Positions 17,426-27,683 of a DNA stretch of 64,000 nt are shown piece by piece (positions within the stretch are counted from its first letter, which is position 1; every line of letters starts with the position of its first letter). The position numbers and the translations under genes were made by a program. The DNA comes from a bacterium (GTDB lineage Bacteria; Patescibacteriota; UBA1384; 2-12-FULL-50-11): assembly GCA_021463485.1 (NCBI GenBank), contig JAJTYJ010000001.1:1378-65377 (forward strand), written 5' to 3'. Below the pieces are notes generated by a model, which saw only the letters and a list, made by a program, of their open reading frames with translations, searched no databases and was not told where the DNA came from.

Positions 17426-20011
17426 CTACTGGCGGTGATGCGGCGCGTTAATTAAGCCGCATTTTTTATACTTGTAGACCTTACCCGTAACTGGATCGAT
17501 CGCTCCGCACGGGCACGGATCGTTTCGACCGATTTTATTTGTTTGGCTTTGGGGCTGAGTAACTTCTTCCTGCTTATTGTACGCCACCCTCTGATTCGTC
17601 TGCTGCTCTGGGGGCGCGGAACCGACGTTGACGTGTAGAAGCATTTCAACAATTTGTCGATTAATCGTATCCTGGAGCTCAGAAAATATTCGGTAGGCTT
17701 GTTGTTTATACTCTACGAGCGGTTCACGCTGACCGTACGCTTGTAACCCGATACTCTCACGTAAATCTTCGAGGTTTTTAAGATGCTCAACCCAAAGTAC
17801 GTCGATAGCGCGCAATACTACAGCTCGCTCAACTTCAAATCGTAGCTGCGTTCCCCAATCTTTCGAACGAGCTTCGTACGACTTTTGCTGCTCTTCAGTG
17901 AAAAGCTGTACTAGCTCATCGTGAAATTCGATGGCCGCTTCGTCGCTAAACGTTGATCGGACTATCCGCTCTCGACGCCGATAGATCGCTTCGCGATGCT
18001 TGTTCATAACGTCGTCGTATTCAACAAGTTGTTTACGAATATCGAAGTTGTGAGTCTCCACCTTTGACTGGGCTTGTTCGATGGCCCTTGAGAGAAGTTT
18101 GTTATTGATACTCAGGTCTTCTGGGATATTAAGCCTTTCCATAATCGCTTTCATTCGATCGCCGCCGAAAATTCTCATTAAATCGTCCTCCATCGAGACA
18201 AAGAACTGACTAACACCTGGGTCGCCTTGACGGCCGGCTCGACCACGCAGCTGATTGTCGATACGTCGCGACTCGTGTCGTTCGGTACCGATTACGTATA
18301 ATCCCCCTCTTTCCAATATCTCTTGGTGTCGCTTCTCCCAGATCGTAAATTCTTGTTTGGGCGCATCGCTCGACGGCGGTGGACCGCCCAGTACGATGTC
18401 GACGCCACGACCAGCCATATTAGTCGCAACCGTTACCGACCCAGGCAGTCCAGCTTCGGCTACGATCTCGCCTTCTTTCTGATGGAATTTAGCGTTAAGA
18501 ACGCGGTGCTCAATTTTTTCGCTTTTCAGTAGTTTGCTGATCACTTCAGACTTGGCGATCGAGACTGTTCCAATTAACACCGGTTGACCGTTTTGCTGCA
18601 ACTCCCGAACTAATTCCGCTACTGCCTTAAATTTTGCTCTCTCTGTTTTATACACTACATCAGCTAAATCGCGTCGCTGCGACGGCCGATTTGTCGGTAT
18701 CGAAACAACTTCTAGGTGGTAAATCTTCGAGAATTCTTCTGCTTCCGTGCTTGCTGTTCCGGTCATACCGGCAAGCTTGAAGTAGAGTCGGAAGTAGTTT
18801 TGGAATGTAATCGTAGCGAGCGTAACCGACTCCTCTTGTACTATCACCCCTTCTTTAGCTTCAATCGCCTGGTGAAGTCCACTTGAGTATCGACGCCCGT
18901 GCAGTAATCGCCCAGTAAATTCATCAACAATAACTATCTGCCCGTCTTTAACTACATAATCCTTATTTTTCTTAAATAAAGCATATGCTTTTAAGCTCGT
19001 ATCAGCATAATGGACCAGTTGGGCATTAGAAGGATCGTAGAGGTTGTTAACACCGGCTGCTTTCTCGAGTTTCTGTATACCTTCGTTGGTTAGCGACGCG
19101 CTTTTGGCTTTCTCATCTACGATAAAGTCTGTTTGTGGTTTTAATGTTTTAATGTGTTTGGCAAATTCTTTATAATAGCCAGCTGATTCTGATGATGGTG
19201 CCGAGATTATCAACGGCGTTCGAGCTTCATCAATTAAAATTGAGTCTACTTCATCCACAATAGCATATGCTAGTTCTCTTTGTACAAGCTGCCTTGCATC
19301 CTGAAGCATGTTGTCGCGAAGGTAGTCAAAACCGTACTCATTATTTGTGCCGTAGGTAATGTCGGCAGCGTACGCTTCACGTCGCTCGACTGGGCGCAAC
19401 CGCTGAAGTCTCCAGTCGTTCTCGCCGTTATCGAAAGAGGAATCGTAAACAAAAGAAAACTGCGGTCCGATTACACCAACAGTTAGTCCAAGGAAGTCGT
19501 AAATTTGGCTCATCCACCCCGCGTCTCGGCGGGCAAGGTAATCGTTGACTGTAACCAAGTGAACGCCAAGTCCTGTCAACGCGTTAAGGTAAAGTGGCAA
19601 CGTCGCTACTAATGTCTTACCTTCTCCTGTCTGCATCTCAGCGATCTGCCCTTGATGGAGAACGACGCCACCGATAATCTGAACGTCGTAGTGTCGCAAC
19701 CCGAGTGTTCGTTTAGAAGCCTCTCGCACTAACGCAAAAGCATATGCTAATTCTGGTTCAAGTATATTGTTTATCAACTTCTTACGAGTTGTGTTTTGTT
19801 CGACACGGTCAGAAATGGGTTCAGTTTCGGCGATCACCGTAGCCACTGCTACCCTGATCTTGTCGCGCAACTCAAGCGACTGTTTGCGCAACTCTGCATC
19901 CGTTTTCTTCTCTAGAACTGGTTCGAGTGCGTTAACTTCGTCAACAGCTTTCTGATATTTGCTGACTTCTTTCTCGTTTGGGTCACCAAAAATTTTTTGA
20001 AAAAAACCCAT
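17426..20011 (-). CDS. secA: Preprotein translocase ATPase SecA
   Basis: Canonical N-terminus 'MGFFQKIFGDPNEKEV'; DEAD motor motifs 'MQTGEGKTL' and 'DEVDSILIDEARTPLIIS'; C-terminal zinc-binding tail 'CPCG...KKCG'. The ORF track extends 20 codons further upstream, but this ATG avoids overlap with serS. Confidence 0.95.
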   Translation of the reverse strand: MGFFQKIFGDPNEKEVSKYQKAVDEVNALEPVLEKKTDAELRKQSLELRDKIRVAVATVIAETEPISDRVEQNTTRKKLINNILEPELAYAFALVREASKRTLGLRHYDVQIIGGVVLHQGQIAEMQTGEGKTLVATLPLYLNALTGLGVHLVTVNDYLARRDAGWMSQIYDFLGLTVGVIGPQFSFVYDSSFDNGENDWRLQRLRPVERREAYAADITYGTNNEYGFDYLRDNMLQDARQLVQRELAYAIVDEVDSILIDEARTPLIISAPSSESAGYYKEFAKHIKTLKPQTDFIVDEKAKSASLTNEGIQKLEKAAGVNNLYDPSNAQLVHYADTSLKAYALFKKNKDYVVKDGQIVIVDEFTGRLLHGRRYSSGLHQAIEAKEGVIVQEESVTLATITFQNYFRLYFKLAGMTGTASTEAEEFSKIYHLEVVSIPTNRPSQRRDLADVVYKTERAKFKAVAELVRELQQNGQPVLIGTVSIAKSEVISKLLKSEKIEHRVLNAKFHQKEGEIVAEAGLPGSVTVATNMAGRGVDIVLGGPPPSSDAPKQEFTIWEKRHQEILERGGLYVIGTERHESRRIDNQLRGRAGRQGDPGVSQFFVSMEDDLMRIFGGDRMKAIMERLNIPEDLSINNKLLSRAIEQAQSKVETHNFDIRKQLVEYDDVMNKHREAIYRRRERIVRSTFSDEAAIEFHDELVQLFTEEQQKSYEARSKDWGTQLRFEVERAVVLRAIDVLWVEHLKNLEDLRESIGLQAYGQREPLVEYKQQAYRIFSELQDTINRQIVEMLLHVNVGSAPPEQQTNQRVAYNKQEEVTQPQSQTNKIGRNDPCPCGAIDPVTGKVYKYKKCGLINAPHHRQ

Positions 20012-20015
20012 TAAA

Positions 20016-21218
20016 TTACTTGAGCTCACTCGGAAGGTTGACAGTACCGTCTTCTTCTTGGTTATTCTCAATCAGTGCTAAAAGTAGACGTTCGGTCGCT
20101 AGAGTACCGTTTAGCGTATGTGCGAGTACGGTCGTTTGACCGTCTGAAACTTTTGTTTTTAACAACCGTGCTTGAAAATCACCGCAGTTACTCGCCGAAT
20201 GGGTTTCGCGGTACTGACCTTGCGACGGAAACCATGTCTCGATATCGATTTGCTTCATTGCAATATGGCTTTGGTCGCCGCTCGAAAGTAGTACTTTTTG
20301 ATATGGCAGATTGAACCGCGAGACAAACTCTTCCTGCATAGAAACGATAAGTTCGTGCTCTTTTTCTGAATCATCCGGGTGGCAGATCGAGACTAGCTCT
20401 ACTTTGTCAAATTGGTGCATGCGAAACATTCCTTTAACGTCACGACCGTACGAACCGGCCTCTTTACGGAAACAACTTGAGTAACCAACGAAGCGCATTG
20501 GTAAATCGTTCCGGTTATAAGTTTTATTCGCCGCGAGCATTAGTAACATCGGCTCCGATGTCCCAACTAGGTATTGATCGTCCCCAACCCGAAACGTGTC
20601 TTCCGCACCACGCGGGAAGAACCCGGTCGAAAGCAGCGTCTCGCCGCGACTAATTACAGGTGGCACGACGTAGGTGAAACCTTTCGACTCGGCGAACGCG
20701 ATTGCAGTGGTGAATAGTTGTCGATGCGCTTTTGCCGCTTCACCGATCAAATAACGGAAACGTGCGCCGCTCGCTTTGGCGGCCGATTCTAGATCGAGCC
20801 AACCAAGGTCCTTCATTATTTCCTCGTGCGGCCGACCGTCTTTAACTGTAATCTTGCCGTTGGTAGCTAATACTTTATTACTCGTAGCATCCTTACCAAC
20901 TGGTACGTCTGGCGCGAGTATATTCGGTAGTACCGAGACGGCAGAGTGCAACTCAAGCTGACATTCGCGTACCTCGCCCTCAGCCTGATCGATCATTTTT
21001 TTCAAAGCTACTAACCTCGAGCGATGCTCTTGGGCTGACTGTTTAGTTTTGGTGAGACCGTTTCGCTCGGCCTGCAATGCCTCGAGTTTTTGTACGGCTG
21101 TGCGCCACTGTAGATCAAGTTTTAATAAGGAGTCGACAACATCGGGGTTATCGTTACGCTTCCTTAACGTCTCTTTTATCTCTTCTGGTTTACTGCGAAG
21201 TAACGCGATATCAATCAT
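20016..21218 (-). CDS. serS: Seryl-tRNA synthetase
   Basis: N-terminal coiled-coil arm 'MIDIALLRSKPEEIKETLRKR', and a class II core with 'FRKEAGS' and 'RMHQFDKVE'. Confidence 0.95.
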   Translation of the reverse strand: MIDIALLRSKPEEIKETLRKRNDNPDVVDSLLKLDLQWRTAVQKLEALQAERNGLTKTKQSAQEHRSRLVALKKMIDQAEGEVRECQLELHSAVSVLPNILAPDVPVGKDATSNKVLATNGKITVKDGRPHEEIMKDLGWLDLESAAKASGARFRYLIGEAAKAHRQLFTTAIAFAESKGFTYVVPPVISRGETLLSTGFFPRGAEDTFRVGDDQYLVGTSEPMLLMLAANKTYNRNDLPMRFVGYSSCFRKEAGSYGRDVKGMFRMHQFDKVELVSICHPDDSEKEHELIVSMQEEFVSRFNLPYQKVLLSSGDQSHIAMKQIDIETWFPSQGQYRETHSASNCGDFQARLLKTKVSDGQTTVLAHTLNGTLATERLLLALIENNQEEDGTVNLPSELK

Positions 21219-21263
21219 CGGTCAAAGTGTAACAGACCTTACCTGGAGTATTCCAGAGCCCTG

Positions 21264-21725
21264 TCACGCAACCGAAATAATTTCGTAGATAACGGAACCG
21301 TCAGGAGTCTCTACTTTGACTTTGTCTTTAACTTTGTGACCTAGTAAAGCTTGCCCAACTGGCGAATCAACTGAAATTTTGCCCTTTTCCGGATCTGACT
21401 CTGTCGGTCCGACTAGCTCAAAACTATCTTTATCGCCGTCAACACTAAAAGTAACAGTTGTACCGATACCGATCGTACCAGTGTGGTTTTCGGCGACAAC
21501 TTTTGCCTGCTTTAGAACTTGCTCGATTTCCTGGATACGCCCTTCGACAAACGATTGCTCCTCTTTGGCTGATGTGTATTCGGCATTCTCACTCAAATCG
21601 CCGAGCTCTTTTGCTACTTTGATACGATTAACGATCTCTGGTCGTCGGATAGTCGTTAATTCATGCAACTCTTGTTGCAACTTGTCTAAACCCTCTTGTG
21701 TAATAAGAATCTCTTTCTTGGGCAT
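21264..21725 (-). CDS. greA: Transcription elongation factor GreA
   Basis: 153 aa; N-terminal coiled-coil ('GDLSENAEY') and a C-terminal FKBP-like domain. Confidence 0.9.
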   Translation of the reverse strand: MPKKEILITQEGLDKLQQELHELTTIRRPEIVNRIKVAKELGDLSENAEYTSAKEEQSFVEGRIQEIEQVLKQAKVVAENHTGTIGIGTTVTFSVDGDKDSFELVGPTESDPEKGKISVDSPVGQALLGHKVKDKVKVETPDGSVIYEIISVA

Positions 21726-21860
21726 AGTGCTCTCCTACATCAGTGGCGGCAATAAAAAAAATAAAACGCCGACCAACTTGTTAATTACTAATACAGAAAT
21801 TCTAGCGCATCCGCCCCTTCTGTCAATACTCTACCTTCCAATACTCTGTAATTTCGTTAA

Positions 21861-21878
21861 TTTGTAACAAATTACAAA
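21861..21878 (+). promoter_or_regulatory. Inverted repeat TTTGTAA-N4-TTACAAA in the greA / histidine-kinase divergent region
   Basis: 7-bp arms read directly from the sequence; it lies about 75 nt upstream of the kinase start. Confidence 0.3.
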
Positions 21879-21954
21879 TCGTGCCGCTCGAAAGCTATAC
21901 AATAAGAACACGTTGTCATAGGTTAAAGAACGGTAAACGACTATACTTCTTGAG

Positions 21955-23571
21955 ATGAGAGATGAACAAACGCCAAAATCTACAGCACTCTGGGAACAGT
22001 GGCTACAGCGCTTGAGCGGAATAGAGCATCACGAAGCGGATCTCTTCCGAGTAGAACTGCTCGAATTAGTAGCCGACAGCCTAACTGACACCGATCAATT
22101 CTTTACAAGATTTGGAACGATTGCCCAACGATGCCTAGCGGTTCCGGTTTTACTTGTGCAAAGAACCGATAAGAATCAGGTTTTATTCTCTAATATTAAC
22201 CGCGCTCGCGAAGCTAAAATCGTTCAAGTACTGCCAGGGTCATCAGAATCAAACAATACACTGACTGAACGACGCCTTAAAACAGCGATCGCGACTGATT
22301 TCTTAGAAGAGCCGCTACGAATTATCTATCAATTACCGCTCCAGCACGGGCAATCACCAATCCTATTAACTCTGTTAACTACCAATCCAATTAGCGTTGA
22401 AAAAAGGAAGTATTTGCATTTCGTCAATTTACTACTAGGAATTCGGCGACGACGGCAGCTTTTGCAAAATCAGCTAGCTCAAGAGCAACAGCGACTTGCT
22501 GCCCTTACCCATCATTTGAGCGAGGGGTTGATCGTATTAACGCAACAATTAGATATAACAATATGGAATCGGCCGCTCTACCGACTTACTGGCTATTCCG
22601 TCAAAGAAACTCTAGGCAAACCCCTAACAGATTTCCTCCAGATTCCTGGCAACAATCGCTGGCTAACTTCGTTAATTGCAGAGTATGGCCCGCAGACAAC
22701 CAAAAATACGTTCGCCAGCGACGTACAAATATTAACTAAGCAGCGACAAACGAAGTGGGTTAATATTTCCGGCTCGTTCATCCGAGATGATAACGGGGAG
22801 ATAACTCAAACTATCATTTTGGTTCGAGATATCTCTCATCTTAAAGAGCTAGAGCAGCGCAAGAACGAATTTATCTCTATCGCCACCCACGAACTTCGTA
22901 CGCCCATCACCGCTGTAAAGGGTTACTTAAGCTTACTTAGTAAAGACACGAGTACCTTCAGCGAAAAACAGTCTGGTTACTTGGCACGAGCAACTGAAGC
23001 GAGCGAGCGGTTAGTTCGATTAGCTGAGGATTTACTAGAAGTAGTGAGAGTCGAAGAGAACCGTATGCAGTTTACGATTAGACCGGTTGACGTTTCGTTA
23101 GTTATTAAGAAAGTCTGTAACGATTTTAGTAGTAAGGCCACCCAAAAGAATGTGGAGATTAACTTCACAGCGCCGGCCGAGCGTGTTCTAATTGCTGCTG
23201 ATCGCATTAGGGTCGAGCAGGTTTTTGCAAACCTGATCGATAACGCCCTGAAGTACACCAAAAGAGGTGGTGTAACTATTACACTGTCCCATCCAATTAC
23301 CGCTAATAAGCGGTTCGTTTCCGTTGAGATTAAAGACACCGGTGTTGGCATCGACCAAAAGGACATCGCCGGCATCTTCGAAAAGTTCCATCGCACCAGA
23401 ACCGCTGCCACGAGCCGGGAGTCGGGCGTCGGCCTGGGTTTGTACATTGTAAAATCGTTCATTGAAAAACAAGGCGGAACGATTACTGTCCAGAGTAGGG
23501 TCGGTCGCGGCAGTACGTTTACAGTTACTTTCCCGGCACTAAAAACTAATAAGAAAACTAGAAAGAAATAA
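21955..23571 (+). CDS. Cytoplasmic sensor histidine kinase (sensor domain, PAS, HisKA, HATPase_c)
   Basis: No TM helices. H-box 'ATHELRTPITAVKGY', N-box 'NLIDNALKYT', and G-boxes 'DTGVGID' and 'GVGLGLYIV'. Confidence 0.85.
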   Translation: MRDEQTPKSTALWEQWLQRLSGIEHHEADLFRVELLELVADSLTDTDQFFTRFGTIAQRCLAVPVLLVQRTDKNQVLFSNINRAREAKIVQVLPGSSESNNTLTERRLKTAIATDFLEEPLRIIYQLPLQHGQSPILLTLLTTNPISVEKRKYLHFVNLLLGIRRRRQLLQNQLAQEQQRLAALTHHLSEGLIVLTQQLDITIWNRPLYRLTGYSVKETLGKPLTDFLQIPGNNRWLTSLIAEYGPQTTKNTFASDVQILTKQRQTKWVNISGSFIRDDNGEITQTIILVRDISHLKELEQRKNEFISIATHELRTPITAVKGYLSLLSKDTSTFSEKQSGYLARATEASERLVRLAEDLLEVVRVEENRMQFTIRPVDVSLVIKKVCNDFSSKATQKNVEINFTAPAERVLIAADRIRVEQVFANLIDNALKYTKRGGVTITLSHPITANKRFVSVEIKDTGVGIDQKDIAGIFEKFHRTRTAATSRESGVGLGLYIVKSFIEKQGGTITVQSRVGRGSTFTVTFPALKTNKKTRKK

Positions 23572-23987
23572 TGAAAAAAATACTACTTGTTGAAGACGAA
23601 CCACTATTAATCGACTTATATAAGGAGGCTTTTAGCGAAGACGTTTTTGATTTACACGTCGCCACTACTGGCAGTGAAGGGCTGAAGGCCGCTAGATCTA
23701 ACCCCGATTTAATACTGCTCGATATTTTACTACCTGAGATGAACGGTTTTGAAGTGCTACGATCGATCAAAGCTAATAGTAAAACGAAGCACATCCCAGT
23801 TATTGTTCTCACTAACCTAGGTAGCGAGCAGACCGATAAAGACAAACAGCTTGCTTTATCGCTTGGAGCGATCGACTACTTAGTGAAGTCGTATCACACT
23901 CCAGATGAACTAGTTTCCATCGTTAAAAAACTACTAAAAATTACCCTCCAACAAACGAAGAATTCAACTAGCCAAAAATCTGCCTGA
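23571..23987 (+). CDS. Stand-alone receiver-domain response regulator (CheY-like, no output domain)
   Basis: 'KILLVEDEPLL', phospho-acceptor 'LILLDILLPEMNG', and 'KHIPVIVLTN'. It is 138 aa and forms an ATGA overlap with the kinase. Confidence 0.85.
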   Translation: MKKILLVEDEPLLIDLYKEAFSEDVFDLHVATTGSEGLKAARSNPDLILLDILLPEMNGFEVLRSIKANSKTKHIPVIVLTNLGSEQTDKDKQLALSLGAIDYLVKSYHTPDELVSIVKKLLKITLQQTKNSTSQKSA

Positions 23988-25119
23988 ATCTCAGGGCTAT
24001 ATACAGCGAGACGGCGTCCTCAAAACTTCTCGGATCCTTACCGAGTAATTCCTCAATTTTATCCAGGCGATAAATTACAGTGTTGCGATGGACCTTCAGT
24101 ATCTCTGCAGTCTGAGTAAGATTTAGGTTTGCATTAAGAAACGCTTGAAGTGTCACAAGCAGCTCTTCGTCGTTCAACTTTCGCAGAACCTCCTCAGCAA
24201 ACGTTCTTTTGCTCTCGGTGGAGTTCGAGAGGAGCATTGGGATAATCCCAAGCCCTTCCTTGCGGTACACTTTTTTACTCGGGTCTACACGCTCGCCGAT
24301 CTCAAGAATTTCTACCGCCTCACGAGCGCTCGGTATAAGCTCGTCGATCGAATTTGCGGCGCTACTAATTGAAACTTTTACATCAGTGATGTGCACGTTC
24401 TTTAATGCATCAGTAATCTCTGAGAGATGTGTCGTAATAAGTTCGCAGAATCTCTGGTAGTCAGTTGTTGAGAGATCTTTCAGCACCAAAAACGAGTCAT
24501 TGCCTATATAACCGATAACGTTATCTTGATTTTTACTAAAAAAACTAGTTAACGCTTGTTCGATATCGTGTTTTTTGGCGGCAATTAAATTTTGTTTTTC
24601 TCCTAACGGCTGCCCGACGCTTTGCAGATAATTATCCCAAAATCCGCTAAGCTTCAAAACCATACTCGCTCGTTGTAAATCGAGCCGAAATCCGAGTGCT
24701 GCCATCTGCTGCTCAAGCTCTTCTGCATCGATCGTACTCGGACGGTACGCCAATCGAGTCATCAATAAATCGACCGCATCTGGTTTTGGTTTGTGAGTAT
24801 CTACAAATTGTTGGATGATCAATTCTGCTAGACTCAGCAACACTTGAATAGTTTGGCTGTCCTCCTCTGAAGTTTCGATAACGAGTAACCCGGACAACTT
24901 CCCTTGCTGAAACAGCGGTAAGGCTCGGAGATGGGTTTTACCGTCGACGGCAACAGAGCGTTTTTCTGGAGAAATCGTATCTCGAATCGGGAACTCCTTA
25001 ATTGGGGAAAAATCGTTAGCGCTCGGGTAAGGTTTACCGTTGCGATCGATAATCGCAATCGATCTAGTGATGACTTGCTTTATTTGCTGATACAGTTGTT
25101 GTACTAGTAGCGGTGACAT
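23968..25119 (-). CDS. PucR/CdaR-family transcriptional regulator
   Basis: C-terminal PucR-type HTH 'LVTLQAFLNANLNLTQTAEILKVHRNTVIYRLDKIEELLG'. Confidence 0.7.
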   Translation of the reverse strand: MSPLLVQQLYQQIKQVITRSIAIIDRNGKPYPSANDFSPIKEFPIRDTISPEKRSVAVDGKTHLRALPLFQQGKLSGLLVIETSEEDSQTIQVLLSLAELIIQQFVDTHKPKPDAVDLLMTRLAYRPSTIDAEELEQQMAALGFRLDLQRASMVLKLSGFWDNYLQSVGQPLGEKQNLIAAKKHDIEQALTSFFSKNQDNVIGYIGNDSFLVLKDLSTTDYQRFCELITTHLSEITDALKNVHITDVKVSISSAANSIDELIPSAREAVEILEIGERVDPSKKVYRKEGLGIIPMLLSNSTESKRTFAEEVLRKLNDEELLVTLQAFLNANLNLTQTAEILKVHRNTVIYRLDKIEELLGKDPRSFEDAVSLYIALRFRQIFG

Positions 25120-25131
25120 GTTCCCCCTTTA

Positions 25132-25218
25132 TATGTTTATACAAAAAAATATACTAATTTAGTATCTGTAAACCAGAATATCTAAATAAGTAAGTAAATA
25201 AACTGTATGTTTATACAA
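25132..25218. repeat. Two 13-bp direct repeats TATGTTTATACAA (25132-25144 and 25206-25218) in the AT-rich PucR-like promoter region
   Basis: Exact repeats spaced 74 bp apart, upstream of the regulator start at 25119. Confidence 0.4.
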
Positions 25219-27201
25219 TTATTCCGTTGTGACCGCTGGAACAATTGGCGTTAACGGTAATCGAAAATACTGCTCAAAGATATTTTTCGCAACTGGAGCG
25301 GCTACAGAGAATCCTTCACCACCACCCTCTACGATAACCGAAATAGCGATCTCAGGATTATCGAACGGCGCAAAAGCAGTAAACCAAGAGTGGGTTTTCT
25401 CTTTCCCAATACTAAACTGTGCTGTGCCGGTTTTTGCTGCAATCGGGATCGGTAACGTTAAAAACGAGCGCGCCGAGCCACTAAGAACTGTTTGTCTCAT
25501 CCCTTCTCGAACGACCGAGAGCGCTTCCGAGCTCACAATCTGATTAGCTTGTTGTTTTGGCGCAAAGTCTCTAGTTTCAGTTTCGTCTGACGAGAGGACC
25601 GACTTAATAAACTTGGGTTGGTAGAGTGTGCCGCCATTAGCGATGGCAGCAGTTGCACGCGTTAACTGGAGCGGCGTAAGCAGAAAGTCTCCCTGCCCAA
25701 TCGCCAAATTGTAGGTGTCGCCGATATACCACGACTCCTTTTTCACCTTCTTTTTCCAATCCGGCCTCGGCACTATGCCTTTAGTCTCCCCTGGAAGGTC
25801 GACACCAGTTGACTTACCAAAACCGAATTTTTCGAGATAATTTGCTAGTCGTTCAACTCCGAGCCCACCGATATTCTTATGGCCGCCGCCGATAGTGTAA
25901 AAGAAAATGTTATTACTCTCAGCAATTGCCTGTTTCACGTCGGCCACGCCATGCGTCTTCCAGTCTGGAAACGTCCACTGGCCGATAGTGATTTTACCTT
26001 CTGATGTGTCGATCTTTGTCGTCGGTGTAATCACTTTTTCTTGCAACGCTGCGGCAGCAACTACCGGCTTAATTGTTGAGCCAGACGGATACTGGCCGCT
26101 AATTGCACGGTTAACTAATGGCGAAAGTGGATTAGCTAGTACCGCTTTTCGCTGCTCTTGGTCGACGGCTCTTGAAAAAATATTGTTATCAAAGAAAGGC
26201 GCGCTCACCATCGCTAATATGTCACCGCTTCTCGGATCAAGTGCAACGGCGGCGCCGCTGGTTGCGCCGTTTTTCTCGATCGCTTCTTGGAGCGATTTTG
26301 CCGCCACTTCTTGAACAGCAGCGTCGATCGTTAATACTAGAGTCTGGCCGGGTCTGGCCGGCTGAACGCCGACAGATCGAATTTTCCGACCAAGCGAATC
26401 GACTTCGAGCGTTTCGATGCCGGGACGTCCTTGCAATTCACGATCGTACGTTTGCTCTAATCCAGTCTTGCCAACGAGCGATGTCGGCAAGAGATCGTCT
26501 CGTTGCTCTAGATCATCAGCGTCAACTTTACCGATGTAGCCTAATATGTGGCCGAGACCGGGAACCGACGAGTAAAGACGGCTAGGGGTTTTAACGACAT
26601 CAACTCCCTCAATACCATTAAGACGGAGCTCAACAGAAAGCGCTGTTTCTCGATCTAACCCTTCCAATAGCGTCACGGCATCTCTGGTTTTGGTCTCTTC
26701 TACTGTTTTTTTGAAAACAGTAGATTCTATTTTGAGTGCGCTCGACACCCGAGTAATAAATTCTTCTCTCAATTCTTTTTTGTTTGGTACTTCTTGAGGA
26801 GAAAGAACAACAGAAAAATTTGGAACGTTTTTGACAAGAACAACGCCGTTACGATCAAGGAATAACCCCCGAGCCGGAATCACTGCTTCAGCTTTAAGTC
26901 TATTACCTTCTGCAAGTTGATAGTTGGCTTGCCCCTGAGATATTTGTAGCACCGTCAACCGCAAGACAACACCAGCAACAATTAGCACAAGAATGAGTTT
27001 AAACGGCATAAACTGACGTCGTTGCATTACTTGTTCGGAGAAAAAAGGATCAGCCTCTTCGGCGATTCGATCAAAGCTTTGCTCGTCGTCAACTTTCTTT
27101 ACAGAAGCAATTGGTAAAAACGGGTCAAATAACCCCGTATCTGAAGATCTCAGATTTTGCTTACCGAATAACTGCTGTAACCATCGAAAAAAACTTTTCA
27201 T
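25219..27201 (-). CDS. mrdA: Penicillin-binding protein 2 (elongasome transpeptidase)
   Basis: N-terminal TM, dimerisation domain and a transpeptidase domain with 'STIKP', 'SNN' and 'KTGT' motifs. Confidence 0.9.
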   Translation of the reverse strand: MKSFFRWLQQLFGKQNLRSSDTGLFDPFLPIASVKKVDDEQSFDRIAEEADPFFSEQVMQRRQFMPFKLILVLIVAGVVLRLTVLQISQGQANYQLAEGNRLKAEAVIPARGLFLDRNGVVLVKNVPNFSVVLSPQEVPNKKELREEFITRVSSALKIESTVFKKTVEETKTRDAVTLLEGLDRETALSVELRLNGIEGVDVVKTPSRLYSSVPGLGHILGYIGKVDADDLEQRDDLLPTSLVGKTGLEQTYDRELQGRPGIETLEVDSLGRKIRSVGVQPARPGQTLVLTIDAAVQEVAAKSLQEAIEKNGATSGAAVALDPRSGDILAMVSAPFFDNNIFSRAVDQEQRKAVLANPLSPLVNRAISGQYPSGSTIKPVVAAAALQEKVITPTTKIDTSEGKITIGQWTFPDWKTHGVADVKQAIAESNNIFFYTIGGGHKNIGGLGVERLANYLEKFGFGKSTGVDLPGETKGIVPRPDWKKKVKKESWYIGDTYNLAIGQGDFLLTPLQLTRATAAIANGGTLYQPKFIKSVLSSDETETRDFAPKQQANQIVSSEALSVVREGMRQTVLSGSARSFLTLPIPIAAKTGTAQFSIGKEKTHSWFTAFAPFDNPEIAISVIVEGGGEGFSVAAPVAKNIFEQYFRLPLTPIVPAVTTE

Positions 27202-27683
27202 AATCTTCGCCCCAACCAGCGCTGTAGTAATTTATATCGAACAGCAAACACATAGTACACCAGCGATCCAAACAGAATACTGTAAAAAAGTGAGAAGATT
27301 GCAGCTGTTGTGAGGATTTGACGCGCCGAAAGTGCAATAATTATCTCCCACAACACAAGTTGGAGACCGAGCACTAGTAGCGACTGAGAGAGCGAGGACA
27401 GCTCGAAAAAGCGGTCCTTTAATTGGTTGGTCAGATACGTCAAAAGTACCAACACAGCCACCCAAAACCCAAACGGCAGAAAACTAACGAAATCCAGTGT
27501 TAAACCGAGAATAATCGCCCAACGATACGCGATCTGGATATTTCCAAACCACACAAATGCCCAAATAGTTACTACTACCAAATTTGGTGCGCCGTACCCT
27601 GCGAGCGTAAAGTGACTAACAGGACCGAGCGTCAGACTGGCGACGATTAACGCAGCCAGAACAAGAAAAATATAAATCATCAC
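27198..27683 (-). CDS. mreD: Rod shape-determining protein MreD
   Basis: 161-aa polytopic membrane protein in the mreB-mreC-mreD-pbp2 order, overlapping both neighbours by 4 nt. Confidence 0.7.
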   Translation of the reverse strand: MMIYIFLVLAALIVASLTLGPVSHFTLAGYGAPNLVVVTIWAFVWFGNIQIAYRWAIILGLTLDFVSFLPFGFWVAVLVLLTYLTNQLKDRFFELSSLSQSLLVLGLQLVLWEIIIALSARQILTTAAIFSLFYSILFGSLVYYVFAVRYKLLQRWLGRRL

